NCBI GenBank assembly: GCA_964490395.1
Contig: CAZBAS010000006.1
Span: 8,081-72,080, forward strand
Source of the DNA: an uncultured Candidatus Saccharibacteria bacterium
Lineage (GTDB): Bacteria; Patescibacteriota; Doudnabacteria; UBA920
Length of the DNA stretch: 64,000 nt
Reading direction: 5' to 3'
The notes under the pieces: generated by a model
The model's input: the letters and a program-made list of their open reading frames with translations, nothing else
Databases searched by the model: none
Told to the model about the DNA's origin: nothing
Program-made: the position numbers and the translations under genes
Part shown: positions 44,046 to 53,529 of the stretch, piece by piece
Layout of the letters: every line of letters begins with the position of its first letter
Position numbering within the stretch: the stretch's first letter is position 1

Positions 44046-45524
44046 ATGTCTAAACCATTTTACATTACGACTACACTTCCATATGTAAACGCGAAACCCC
44101 ACATGGGTCACGCGCTGGAGTTTGTGTATGCCGATATTTTAGCTCGGTATCATAAGCTGTTGGGCGATGAAATATACTTCAACACTGGTACTGACGAACA
44201 TGGTTTGAAGATATATCAGAAGGCTATTGAAGAAGGTAAGGGGCCCCAAGCTTACGTAGATGAGTACGCAGCAAAGTTTAAGTCTCTACTGCCTCGTTTG
44301 GGAGTATCCGACGATATACATTTTATACGAACAACAGATGCCAATCATAAATCTGCTGCGCAAGAGTTTTGGAAGCGGTGCTTGGCGAATGATGATATAT
44401 ATAAAAAGATATATAAAGTTAAATACTGCGTTGGGTGTGAGCTAGAAAAAACAGATTCAGACCTTGTTGATGGATTCTGCCCATTGCACCCCGGAAAAGA
44501 GTTAGAGCTCATAGAAGAAGAAAACTATTTCTTTAAATTTTCGAAGTATCAGCAACCCTTGCTCGATTTGTACGATACAGCGAACCATGACTTTGTGGTG
44601 CCAAAAACACGTCTGCATGAGATACGCGAATTCGTATCAGCAGGTCTTAAAGACTTTAGCATATCGAGGCTCGCAACTAAGATGCCTTGGGGAATACCGG
44701 TGCCTGGCGACGAATCACAAGTCATGTATGTGTGGTTTGATGCACTCATTAATTACATTTCTACATTGGGCTGGCCAAGTACTTCCGAGCAGTTTGAAAA
44801 ATTTTGGGGAACAATTGATGCGCCAAACGGAATACAAATTGCAGGTAAAGACAACCTCCGCCAGCAGTCCGCAATGTGGCAGGCAATGCTTATGAGCGCG
44901 GGTCTTCCAAACTCTAAACAAATCTTAATCCACGGGTTCATCACGAGCGGCGGCCAGAAGATGTCTAAGAGTATTGGAAACGTCGTAGATCCATTTGATG
45001 TAATAGATAAGTTAATAGAAAAAGGTGTGGCAGAAGCTCAGGCAATTGACGCGCTTAGGTATTGGTTTGCGCGTGAGATGCCGACCTTTGAAGACGGTGA
45101 TTTTACTTGGGAACGTTTCGTAGAAAACTATACTGCTAATCTTGCAAATGGTTTGGGGAATTTGACGAGCCGTATTTTAAAAATGGCGGTGAATGCAGGA
45201 ATTACGAATTACGAATTACGAATTACGAATTTCAATTCTGAGTATGGAACCTGTCTAAACCAGTATGAAATACAGAAAGTAACAGACTGGGTGTGGGAAA
45301 AAATTAAAGCCGCAGATGAGTTCATAGCTAAAGAAGAACCATTCAAGAAAGTTAAAGTTGACCTTGAGGCAGGCAAGAAAGATATACAGTATTTACTTGG
45401 CCAGCTGGAGCTTGTTGCATATCACACGCAGCCATTGTTACCAGACTCATCACAAAAAATATTGGCAGCGTTACAAAACATAACTCTTGAAACTATTCCA
45501 CGGCTGTTTCCAAGGATTGCATAA
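44046..45524 (+). CDS. metG: methionine--tRNA ligase (short form)
   Basis: Has the HIGH-type motif PHMGHAL, the KMSKS motif, and a Cys knuckle CVGCELEKTDSDLVDGFCPLH. An in-frame heptamer-repeat insertion lies in the anticodon-binding region. Confidence 0.8.
   Translation: MSKPFYITTTLPYVNAKPHMGHALEFVYADILARYHKLLGDEIYFNTGTDEHGLKIYQKAIEEGKGPQAYVDEYAAKFKSLLPRLGVSDDIHFIRTTDANHKSAAQEFWKRCLANDDIYKKIYKVKYCVGCELEKTDSDLVDGFCPLHPGKELELIEEENYFFKFSKYQQPLLDLYDTANHDFVVPKTRLHEIREFVSAGLKDFSISRLATKMPWGIPVPGDESQVMYVWFDALINYISTLGWPSTSEQFEKFWGTIDAPNGIQIAGKDNLRQQSAMWQAMLMSAGLPNSKQILIHGFITSGGQKMSKSIGNVVDPFDVIDKLIEKGVAEAQAIDALRYWFAREMPTFEDGDFTWERFVENYTANLANGLGNLTSRILKMAVNAGITNYELRITNFNSEYGTCLNQYEIQKVTDWVWEKIKAADEFIAKEEPFKKVKVDLEAGKKDIQYLLGQLELVAYHTQPLLPDSSQKILAALQNITLETIPRLFPRIA
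45198..45239 (+). repeat. six tandem heptanucleotide units (CGAATTA)x6 = 42 nt, in-frame inside metG
   Basis: ggaatta cgaatta cgaatta cgaatta cgaattt caattct. It encodes GITNYELRITNFNS. This is the same unit family as the intergenic tracts. Confidence 0.7.
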
Positions 45525-45571
45525 TGGCCATATCTATACAAAGGTTTAAGTATTAATTATACGATTTTAAA

Positions 45572-46267
45572 ATGTTAGGCGAGCGTGGTGCGCATGAAAA
45601 TTTGAACTCGACCATCACTGGCGAGGGTACCGACCATAAGCGCGCTATGGCCTATACGAATGCGTTCAAAACTTTCGTACATGAACATCCGCATGTTTTA
45701 CGGCAAGTTGAAACGCAGATAGATGAGTTATATGCTCAAAACCCAAAACCTGGGGATGAATTATCAACTCCTGAATGCAAGGTTGTATTTTTAGATAGAG
45801 AACCTTTGCATGATTCCGATTATTTCTCGGTTCACGTGGCAGGTAGGGATTTCTTTGTGAAAGCTCCTGGGGTAAATGAAGATACTACGCCTGCGTATGC
45901 TGAGGTGGTCGCTGGTCATGCTCTACAGAAGAAGCTGGAAGGCCTGCATATTCCAAAACTGAAGGTTGTGAAATACCACTTTGGCTACACAGATTCAAAA
46001 GGCAGAAATATATTAGTAGCAGATTTAGCAGCAAAGCATTGGAGAATAGCGCAGGAGTACATGAACGAAATATCGAAAACAGATCTAGCTAAAGCCGACA
46101 GCCTCCAGCGTCGCACCGATTACGTAATGCAGGTGTTGGACCTTACGGAAGGAGAGGGGGAATTTCTAGATATCCAGCCGTATAATATGTTCTACGATCC
46201 AGATACAGACGAATTAATTCTATTTGATATAAGCTATCCAGATTCACTAGGCGATTATGCTCATTGA
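45572..46267 (+). CDS. hypothetical protein
   Basis: 231 aa ORF. No family recognised. Confidence 0.45.
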   Translation: MLGERGAHENLNSTITGEGTDHKRAMAYTNAFKTFVHEHPHVLRQVETQIDELYAQNPKPGDELSTPECKVVFLDREPLHDSDYFSVHVAGRDFFVKAPGVNEDTTPAYAEVVAGHALQKKLEGLHIPKLKVVKYHFGYTDSKGRNILVADLAAKHWRIAQEYMNEISKTDLAKADSLQRRTDYVMQVLDLTEGEGEFLDIQPYNMFYDPDTDELILFDISYPDSLGDYAH

Positions 46268-47282
46268 TACTCACGCACATATAAACTTACACGCATTTAA
46301 AGATGATGCAGATGAAGTGTTGCAGCGGTGTTTTGCCGCGGGTGTGACTGTTATAAATGTGGGCACAGAATACAATACGAGCAAACAGGCGGTGGATATG
46401 CTCAAGGAATATCCGCTGCGTGTATATGCAGCCATAGGTCTCCACCCTAGTCATACGTACGATAATCCGTATTTAGATGAGAATGAAAGCGCGTCGCGAA
46501 GTGGGCAGGAACAGTTCAATTACGACGCTTATAAAAAACTGGGAGCGCATGAAAAGGTTATTGGAATAGGTGAGTGTGGGTTGGATTATTATAGATTGCC
46601 AGATGATGCGTCTACTCATGAATCTATTAAGGCGTTGCAAAAAGAAGCTTTTCTGAAGCAGATTAAGCTAGCGCTGGAACTAGACAAGACTCTTATTATC
46701 CATTGTCGCCCAAGCAAAGGTACCAACGACGCTTATGAGGATGTCCTTGCTATAATTTCCAATTTCCCCGTTCGGCAGGCTCAGGGCCCTGAACTTCTTG
46801 AAGGGCAATTTCCAGTTTCCAATGAAGGAAGTTTTCTTTCCGGCACCCCTCCTCTGGAGGAGGGGCAGGGGGAGGTCATAGTGAAGAATGACGATGCATC
46901 AAAAGTTTCTATGACCCCCACTAACTCCCCCTCAAGAGGGGGAGGACAAGAACTTCGTTTCGAAGTTCATTCGTTTACGGGACCACTCGAAATAGCACAG
47001 AAGTTTCTTGCTCTCGGCGCTTACATTGGTTTAAACGGGATAATCACTTTCGATAAAACCGGGAACATGGAGCAAGTAGTAAAAGGTGTGCCGCTGGAAC
47101 GAATAGTGCTTGAGACAGATTCGCCGTACCTAGCGCCTATCCCATATCGTGGTAAGCGCAACGAGCCTGCATATATAGAGCAAGTGGCAAAGAAAATTGC
47201 TGAGTGGAAAAGCGTGGCTTGTGAAGACGTGGCCGCTACTACAACAGAAAACGCAAAACAATTATTTAAACTACCTTTATGA
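46257..47282 (+). CDS. tatD: TatD-family metal-dependent deoxyribonuclease/hydrolase with an in-frame insertion of about 45 aa
   Basis: Has LIDTHAHI, GECGLDY and the HCR motif of the TatD family. It is 341 aa against about 255 aa typical. The excess corresponds to a GC-rich palindromic element cluster. Confidence 0.85.
   Translation: MLIDTHAHINLHAFKDDADEVLQRCFAAGVTVINVGTEYNTSKQAVDMLKEYPLRVYAAIGLHPSHTYDNPYLDENESASRSGQEQFNYDAYKKLGAHEKVIGIGECGLDYYRLPDDASTHESIKALQKEAFLKQIKLALELDKTLIIHCRPSKGTNDAYEDVLAIISNFPVRQAQGPELLEGQFPVSNEGSFLSGTPPLEEGQGEVIVKNDDASKVSMTPTNSPSRGGGQELRFEVHSFTGPLEIAQKFLALGAYIGLNGIITFDKTGNMEQVVKGVPLERIVLETDSPYLAPIPYRGKRNEPAYIEQVAKKIAEWKSVACEDVAATTTENAKQLFKLPL
46840..46950. repeat. 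composite GC-rich palindromic insertion in tatD (CCCCTCCTC-tg-GAGGAGGGG; GGTCATAG...CTATGACC; CTCCCCCTC-aa-GAGGGGGAG)
   Basis: Three perfect hairpins lie within 110 nt. They encode GTPPLEEGQGEVIVKNDDASKVSMTPTNSPSRGGGQE. Confidence 0.7.
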
Positions 47283-47860
47283 GTGAACCCGAGGATTTAG
47301 TATATATAGACGAGCACGGTCTTATTGGCAGTAACTTCTACTGGCATAAGTACGAGTCAAAAGGTTTAACCAAAGAAGATATATTGGAGGCAGGTCTAAC
47401 GAGTGACCGTGTACAAGTCGCTCGTGAGATTGTTGAACCACTGCAGCGAGCAGAAGAAGCGCTACGCCCCTTCGGGTACCGCTTATACATTAAAGAAGGG
47501 TACCGTGCAAAGAGTTTGTATGAAATTGTATACAAACGTCGTGTAGAAAAATTTGGAAAAACAGAAACCGATTCATTGCTCAATATGGAAGGTATGCCGC
47601 ATGCGCAGGGCCTTTCTGTAGATGTTGCGCTTTGGAGCATTGCCGAAAATAAAGAAGTGTATTTACGAAACGGTGAAGATGGTACAGCGGCACTATTTAC
47701 GCATTTCTACCGAGATAAAGAAGGCGACACATCAAAACATTACCAAGAGTTACAAGACCTGCTCATAAATACCATGATGACTCAAGGTTTCCGCCTTGGC
47801 ACTAAAAATGAATATTTCCACTTTGATTATAGACCCGACATGTTGCCCAATTACGTATGA
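47279..47860 (+). CDS. putative M15-family zinc peptidase (VanX/D-Ala-D-Ala dipeptidase-like)
   Basis: Has the motifs GMPHAQGLSVDV (H-x6-D) and EYFHFDY (ExxH), as in VanX-like peptidases. Similarity is moderate. Confidence 0.5.
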   Translation: MSEPEDLVYIDEHGLIGSNFYWHKYESKGLTKEDILEAGLTSDRVQVAREIVEPLQRAEEALRPFGYRLYIKEGYRAKSLYEIVYKRRVEKFGKTETDSLLNMEGMPHAQGLSVDVALWSIAENKEVYLRNGEDGTAALFTHFYRDKEGDTSKHYQELQDLLINTMMTQGFRLGTKNEYFHFDYRPDMLPNYV

Positions 47861-48510
47861 GCTTAATAATATTTAACAAGCGGCAAGAGGTTACGTTTCA
47901 ACGGTTTGCCATATCCGTTCTTTCTGGGTCTGCATTTATGCTCATCTTAGGGGTGGTACATGGTTGGCTCCACCAAATGCATTACTTTATAGACATAGGT
48001 ACGCCGCTCGATGTGCGGCTGTTACTCATTGCATCTGTAGTAGGCATTATTCTTACTATAATTTATTTTTATCAAGGTGGTAGTGGTGCGTGGAGCGAGG
48101 AAATACGCAAGAGTGCTAAAAGAAGTAGCGGAGTCCCGGTGGGTTGGTACGCACATGCGAGCGACATTCGAAAACTATTTATCTATATGACGGTGGGGAA
48201 CGCCTTACTGCTCGCGGTGGGGTTGTACGCTTTTGTATGGCAAGGTATTGTGCTGCATCTGGATTTCATCCGTGCCTTGGCTAACATCGCTTTTGCTGGC
48301 GTGGCAGTTTTGTTGCCGCTTAACTATGCAGCGCTCCTACAGCTCGACAGCTATACGGAAACGGCTGAAGAGCCCCTTTGTGCATTTGCCCAAGAGCGCT
48401 TTTACAGGATATTATACTGGGTATTGGTGGCATATTGGGCTTGCCTTTTTGCCGCATATATCCTTTTATTGGTATTTAGTCAGGCATATTGCCGCTTTTT
48501 AGTTTGTTAA
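47857..48510 (+). CDS. hypothetical integral membrane protein
   Basis: Has five to six predicted TM helices. No family recognised. Confidence 0.5.
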   Translation: MSLIIFNKRQEVTFQRFAISVLSGSAFMLILGVVHGWLHQMHYFIDIGTPLDVRLLLIASVVGIILTIIYFYQGGSGAWSEEIRKSAKRSSGVPVGWYAHASDIRKLFIYMTVGNALLLAVGLYAFVWQGIVLHLDFIRALANIAFAGVAVLLPLNYAALLQLDSYTETAEEPLCAFAQERFYRILYWVLVAYWACLFAAYILLLVFSQAYCRFLVC

Positions 48511-48514
48511 TAGT

Positions 48515-49105
48515 ATGGCAGAAGCACAAGAAATAGAAATTCGGTACAAAGTGCAAGACCGGTCACAACTTGAAGCGGTGCTTATGGAGGTTGGGGCCGT
48601 GCTTGAAAGTACGAGCCGGCTCGTAGATCACTGGTTTATACCGGTTGAAGTTACCTCCGCCCAGGCTCAGGCTGAATGGTTCGACTCCGGGAGAGGTTGC
48701 AGCATACGTGTGCGCGAGAAGTACGAGGGAGAATCTGTGGTAGAGACAAGTCTTGGCACCAAACGCGTTACCGATCCATTAGGACATAAGGCGCTTAGTG
48801 AAGCAGAGGTACAGGTTGAAAGTTATGCAATAGCAAGACCGCTGCTAGCCATGATGGACCGGAAAGAATTTTTGACTATAGATAAAACTCGCACTACGTA
48901 CAGCAAAGACCAATTTGAAATTACCATAGACGACATACAAGGATACGGGACGGGAGCGGAGATTGAACTTAAAGAGAAGGTTACTGCTGAAGAAGGCGTT
49001 GAGGCTATACGTGCATTTGCTAAAACCCTAGGGCTTACTGAGGCAGACGAACACGAAAAAAGTATTACTGTTTCCGCCATGAAGGCCTTGGCGCACTATG
49101 AATAA
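48515..49105 (+). CDS. CYTH-domain protein, second paralog
   Basis: Has the N-terminal ExExK motif (EIEIRYKV) and a length and layout similar to the protein at 38493..39074. Confidence 0.55.
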   Translation: MAEAQEIEIRYKVQDRSQLEAVLMEVGAVLESTSRLVDHWFIPVEVTSAQAQAEWFDSGRGCSIRVREKYEGESVVETSLGTKRVTDPLGHKALSEAEVQVESYAIARPLLAMMDRKEFLTIDKTRTTYSKDQFEITIDDIQGYGTGAEIELKEKVTAEEGVEAIRAFAKTLGLTEADEHEKSITVSAMKALAHYE

Positions 49106-49121
49106 CTAATGAATTTGTTGT

Positions 49122-51581
49122 ATGAAAAAATATAACCCTAAGACAGTAGAAAAAAAGTGGCAGAAGATTTGGCAGGAGCAGGAGGTGTATAAGGCGGACC
49201 TGAATAGCGCCAAGCCAAAATATATTTCCATGAGCATGTTTAACTACCCCAGTGGGGCAGGTATACACATAGGGCATGCCATGAACTACACCATAAGCGA
49301 TGTACTGGCTCGGTTTAAACGCCAGCAAGGATATGAGAGCTATCATCCAGTTGGTTGGGATAGTTTTGGTTTGCCTGCAGAAAACTATGCCATTAAGGCC
49401 GGGGTGTCGCCACAGGAATCCATGGCAAAAATTATTCCGAACTACCACAAGCAGTACCAAGCTATGGGCTGGAGTAATGATTGGAGTAAGGAAATAGCTA
49501 CGCACACTCCGCAGTACTACAAGTGGACGCAGTGGATTTTTTCCGAAATGTACCGCGCAGGTTTAGCCTACCAAGATACCCGTCTCCAGTGGTGGTGCGA
49601 CAAGTGCCAAACCGTACTTGCAAACGAACAAGTTATAGACGGCAAGTGCTGGCGCCACGATGCTGCTACAGACCCTGAGGTGGTGCAGCGCGAAGTAAAA
49701 CAGTGGTTCTTTAAAATTACCGATTACGCAGATGAATTGTTAGAGGCAACCGATGCGCTCGACTGGACTGAAACCGTTAAGACTGCGCAGAAGAATTGGA
49801 TAGGCAAGTCTGTTGGGGCAGAGCTCGATTTTCCATTGGAAGGTCGAGAAGGAAAAATCACCGTCTTTACCACACGAGCGGATACTATTTTTAGTGGTGC
49901 ATTTATAGTGTTGGCCCCAGAGCATGCATTGGTAGAAAGTCTTACCATTCCATCTCAAAAAGAATTGGTGGAAGAATACGTAAATCGCAGTATCCGTAAA
50001 ACAGATGTAGAGCGTCAAGCGGATAAAGAAAAGAGCGGGGTATTCACTGGTTCATACGCTATTAACCCAGCGAATGGAGAAAAGATGCCAGTGTGGGTCG
50101 GCGATTTTGTGTTAGTAGCCTACGGTACCGGAGCGGTCTTTGGTGATATCCATGATGAGCGTGATTTTGAATTCATAAAAAAATTCAACATACCCGCAGA
50201 GCCAACAGTGTTGCCTGAGGACGAAGTTGAGGCACAAAAAGTTTTACATAAAGAATACCCGTATACGGGAGAAGGGGTATTGATAAATTCTGGTGAGTTC
50301 ACTGGTATGAGGAGTGAAATTGCTAGGGATAAGATAATTGCCTGGCTTGCTGGTAAGGGGTTGGCCAAAGAAAAAGTTAACTACAAAATGCGCGATTGGA
50401 GCGTGAGCCGTCAGCGGTACTGGGGTGCGCCCATTCCCATTATTTACTGTACTGAGTGTGGTCCACAGCTTGTGCCGGATAGTGATTTACCAGTTGTATT
50501 ACCAGAACTTAAAGACTTCAGCCCAAGCGGAGATGGCCGCAGCGCATTGGCAAGAGCAGAGGAGTGGGTAAAAGTGAAGTGTCCAAAATGCGGCGGCGAT
50601 GGCGAGCGGGAGACCGATACGCTTGATACCTACATTTGCAGTAGCTGGTACATGCATCGGTATTTTGACCCGACGAACAGTGAAAAGATTTTTGATAGCG
50701 CCACTATAAACAAGTGGATGCCCATAGACTTTTACAATGGCGCGGACCACGCAACTGCTCACATGCTGTACGCGCGCTTTGTAACTCGGTTCTTCTTTAA
50801 AAAAGGTTTGACCGAACACCCTGAACCGTTTAAGAAGTTTTTGTTTAACGGTAAGGTTACCGCAAGTGATGGTCAGATGTTCAGCAAGAGCAAGGGGAAT
50901 GGGGTAGACCCGCTCGAGATTATCGAGCAGGGGTACGGCGCAGATGCGCTTCGTACGTATTTGATGTTTGCCGCGCCTTTGGAATTGTGGATTAAATGGG
51001 ACCCGCAAGGTGTGCCAAGCGCGCTTCGGTTCCTGAACCGTATCTGGACTCTGGTGCAGGAGTTTATTGCTGCAGAAAATTCTGCTGAACAAAATGAACT
51101 AGTGCTGCGCGCTACACATAAGACTATCAAAAAAGTGACTGCAGACTTGGAAAGCCAAAAGTACAACACTGCTATTGCGAGTATGATGGAGCTAGTAAAT
51201 ACACTCTCTGCAGAAAAGAATGAACACGGGTTTGTAAGTACAAACGCATGGAAATTTGTCATGGACAGTTTAGTGCAGCTCGTTGCTCCGTTTGCGCCGC
51301 ACATGGCAGATGAACTGTGGGAAACGCTGGGGCATACCGATAGTGCACAAAAAGACCATTGGCCAAAGTTTGACGCAGCATTTGTGCAAGAAAGTACTGC
51401 TACAGTGGTGGTACAGATAAATGGAAAAATGCGTGGCAGGCTTGAACTGCCGGTCGGTACTTCAGAAGAAGAAGTCAAAGCTGCAGCTTTAGCAGATGAC
51501 AAAATAAAAACCGCTCTAGGCGGAAGTGAAATAAAGCGTGCGATCTTCGTACTGAATAAACTGTTGAATTTGGTTATATAG
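49122..51581 (+). CDS. leuS: leucine--tRNA ligase
   Basis: Has the HIGH motif (HIGHAMNY), the CP1 editing domain, and a KMSKS-like MFSKSKGN. Confidence 0.9.
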   Translation: MKKYNPKTVEKKWQKIWQEQEVYKADLNSAKPKYISMSMFNYPSGAGIHIGHAMNYTISDVLARFKRQQGYESYHPVGWDSFGLPAENYAIKAGVSPQESMAKIIPNYHKQYQAMGWSNDWSKEIATHTPQYYKWTQWIFSEMYRAGLAYQDTRLQWWCDKCQTVLANEQVIDGKCWRHDAATDPEVVQREVKQWFFKITDYADELLEATDALDWTETVKTAQKNWIGKSVGAELDFPLEGREGKITVFTTRADTIFSGAFIVLAPEHALVESLTIPSQKELVEEYVNRSIRKTDVERQADKEKSGVFTGSYAINPANGEKMPVWVGDFVLVAYGTGAVFGDIHDERDFEFIKKFNIPAEPTVLPEDEVEAQKVLHKEYPYTGEGVLINSGEFTGMRSEIARDKIIAWLAGKGLAKEKVNYKMRDWSVSRQRYWGAPIPIIYCTECGPQLVPDSDLPVVLPELKDFSPSGDGRSALARAEEWVKVKCPKCGGDGERETDTLDTYICSSWYMHRYFDPTNSEKIFDSATINKWMPIDFYNGADHATAHMLYARFVTRFFFKKGLTEHPEPFKKFLFNGKVTASDGQMFSKSKGNGVDPLEIIEQGYGADALRTYLMFAAPLELWIKWDPQGVPSALRFLNRIWTLVQEFIAAENSAEQNELVLRATHKTIKKVTADLESQKYNTAIASMMELVNTLSAEKNEHGFVSTNAWKFVMDSLVQLVAPFAPHMADELWETLGHTDSAQKDHWPKFDAAFVQESTATVVVQINGKMRGRLELPVGTSEEEVKAAALADDKIKTALGGSEIKRAIFVLNKLLNLVI

Positions 51582-51586
51582 AGGGT

Positions 51587-51630
51587 GGGGCGGTAGAGTA
51601 AGGTGTTACTCTACCGCCTATTTTATTTCG
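51587..51630. terminator. bidirectional intrinsic terminator GGCGGTAGAGTA-aggtgt-TACTCTACCGCC + TATTTTATTT
   Basis: 12 bp perfect stem between leuS and a convergent gene. Confidence 0.7.
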
Positions 51631-52009
51631 CTGCGAACTCGACATAGGTGCACCCTTTCATCCACGGGAAGCGTTCGTTGGGCTTGCCCGCAAGTAGGGA
51701 GAGAACTTCTTCTCTTCCTAATGCGATTCGCGCCCCCGAACTGTCGTTAAAGCCTAGCTTTAACGTTTGCATAAGTGTCCGGGCGTGATTCTCTGTTTCG
51801 TTAGAAACGCCACAGATTGCATGCGCGTACAGAATGCAAGCGAGCTGTGTGAGTGTCCATTGTAACTTCTCTCGTACTGTGAGTGTTGCAAGGTTATTGC
51901 GCACCTGTTGTACGAGAATGGTACTCACCCCTCTTTCTTCACCTAATATCTCGTCGAGCAGCTCTCCTAGTTTTACTGTTTCGTAACTTTTTGTGTCTTT
52001 GGCAACCAT
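51623..52009 (-). CDS. hypothetical protein
   Basis: 128 aa ORF. No family recognised. Confidence 0.45.
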   Translation of the reverse strand: MVAKDTKSYETVKLGELLDEILGEERGVSTILVQQVRNNLATLTVREKLQWTLTQLACILYAHAICGVSNETENHARTLMQTLKLGFNDSSGARIALGREEVLSLLAGKPNERFPWMKGCTYVEFAAK

Positions 52010-52244
52010 AGATTTACCTCCTATGGTGTTTTATGGATCATTGATGTGGCAACATAAATGATCGGTCCTAAGGCGTGGGTGGCTCATTGCTGTAGGAAGG
52101 TATATATAAATCCTGTTCATGCAGGCCTGGTGTTGCTATTAAAATGACGTACTTAGCCTATGATGTCAAATGAATAAGAAACAGGGAAACCTGTTATACT
52201 TAAATAACAGATGTTTTCTTGCAAGTCGATTGCGCTGAGTTGCA

Positions 52245-52275
52245 TGATTCGTAATTCTTCATTCTTGATTCTGTC
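52245..52275. repeat. heptanucleotide repeat tract (TGATTCG TAATTCT TCATTCT TGATTCT) in a 5' leader
   Basis: Lies immediately upstream of the ATG at 52281. Unit family GAATYAM (shown here as its reverse complement). Confidence 0.45.
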
Positions 52276-52280
52276 TTTTC

Positions 52281-53429
52281 ATGACTTTAAAACTCCGACT
52301 CCCACACTATTTTCTGTTTCACCTCAATGCTGAGGTAAAAGAACTCTATGTCGCTGCTGGTATTGCCGATGTTGCTTTGTCGGCGATGCTCGTGTTCGAA
52401 CCTATATATTTGTATCAGGCTATTGGGCTGACAGTGCCGATGGTGCTCATTTTTTTTGCTGCTGTGTATGCGTGGTATGCACTGCTTATTCCTTTTGGTG
52501 GAAAATTTACCGCTGCATTTGGCTATAAACGGGCCATGGCACTGAGCATATTTTTTCAGCTTGGGTATTGGGCGTGTTTGTTTTTTGCGGCAGGACACCC
52601 TGCGCTCTTGTGGCTTGCCCCGCTACTCTATGCCATAGAAAAATCTTTATATTGGCCCGCATTTCATGGTATAGTGGCACGGTTTGCAAATCAGGGGCAG
52701 GTAGGGAGAGAGTTCAGTATGCTTACCGCCATTATTCAAGCCGCGCAAATAATTGGCCCACTTCTCGGTGGCATCTTGGCACAGGTGAGCGGTAGTCAGA
52801 ATTTACTTGTGGCAGCGGGGGCAATATATGTAGTGGCTCTTATTCCTTTGCTTATTCATAAAGAGCGTTATCAAGAGAAACCATATTCATTCCGGGACAC
52901 CTGGAATTTGTATGGCACACAAATGAAAAAAAGCATTGGGTATTGGGGATTTGGCGAAGAACTGTTGGCGCTCACTGTTTGGCCTATTTTCATTTTCATT
53001 GTTCTTACTGGCTACCAGGAAGCGGGTATAGTTATAACCATTGCCTCCGCACTTTCCGCCGGTATTTCGTTGTACCTTGGAAAGCTTACCGATGGAGCAG
53101 CTAAAATGCCCATGCTTAAGCTTGGAGCGGTAGCAACTGCTCTTGGCTGGTTTGTGCGTCCACTGTTGCCAGGCGCCGGCGGAAGCCTCGCCGCAGATAC
53201 CACTGCCAGGGTAGGGAAAAATGTCTATTTTATTCCGCTTTCTACCGTAACGTATGAACGGGCAGAAGCAACGGATATAATTCCTTACATAGTATTTTTT
53301 GAGCAAAGCTTGGCCTTTGGCAAGCTCCTCACGGCTCTTGCGGCCGCGCTCTTATTTGCCGTAACAGGCAGTTTTCCGCTATTGTTTGTATTAGCAGGGC
53401 TCATGAGCCTTTTATACATTCTTCTATAA
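52281..53429 (+). CDS. MFS-type transporter (putative)
   Basis: Has about 10-12 TM helices, and GxLaD-like and MFS-like loops. The N-terminal boundary is uncertain. Confidence 0.5.
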   Translation: MTLKLRLPHYFLFHLNAEVKELYVAAGIADVALSAMLVFEPIYLYQAIGLTVPMVLIFFAAVYAWYALLIPFGGKFTAAFGYKRAMALSIFFQLGYWACLFFAAGHPALLWLAPLLYAIEKSLYWPAFHGIVARFANQGQVGREFSMLTAIIQAAQIIGPLLGGILAQVSGSQNLLVAAGAIYVVALIPLLIHKERYQEKPYSFRDTWNLYGTQMKKSIGYWGFGEELLALTVWPIFIFIVLTGYQEAGIVITIASALSAGISLYLGKLTDGAAKMPMLKLGAVATALGWFVRPLLPGAGGSLAADTTARVGKNVYFIPLSTVTYERAEATDIIPYIVFFEQSLAFGKLLTALAAALLFAVTGSFPLLFVLAGLMSLLYILL

Positions 53430-53529
53430 TAATTCCATGCGAATTTCTTCACTTTTTCTAAAACTAAGGGGGTTCGTAAGCTAAGCAACTCCGCTTAGTT
53501 TGATTTTGTTGTTATTAAAACCCTCATTT

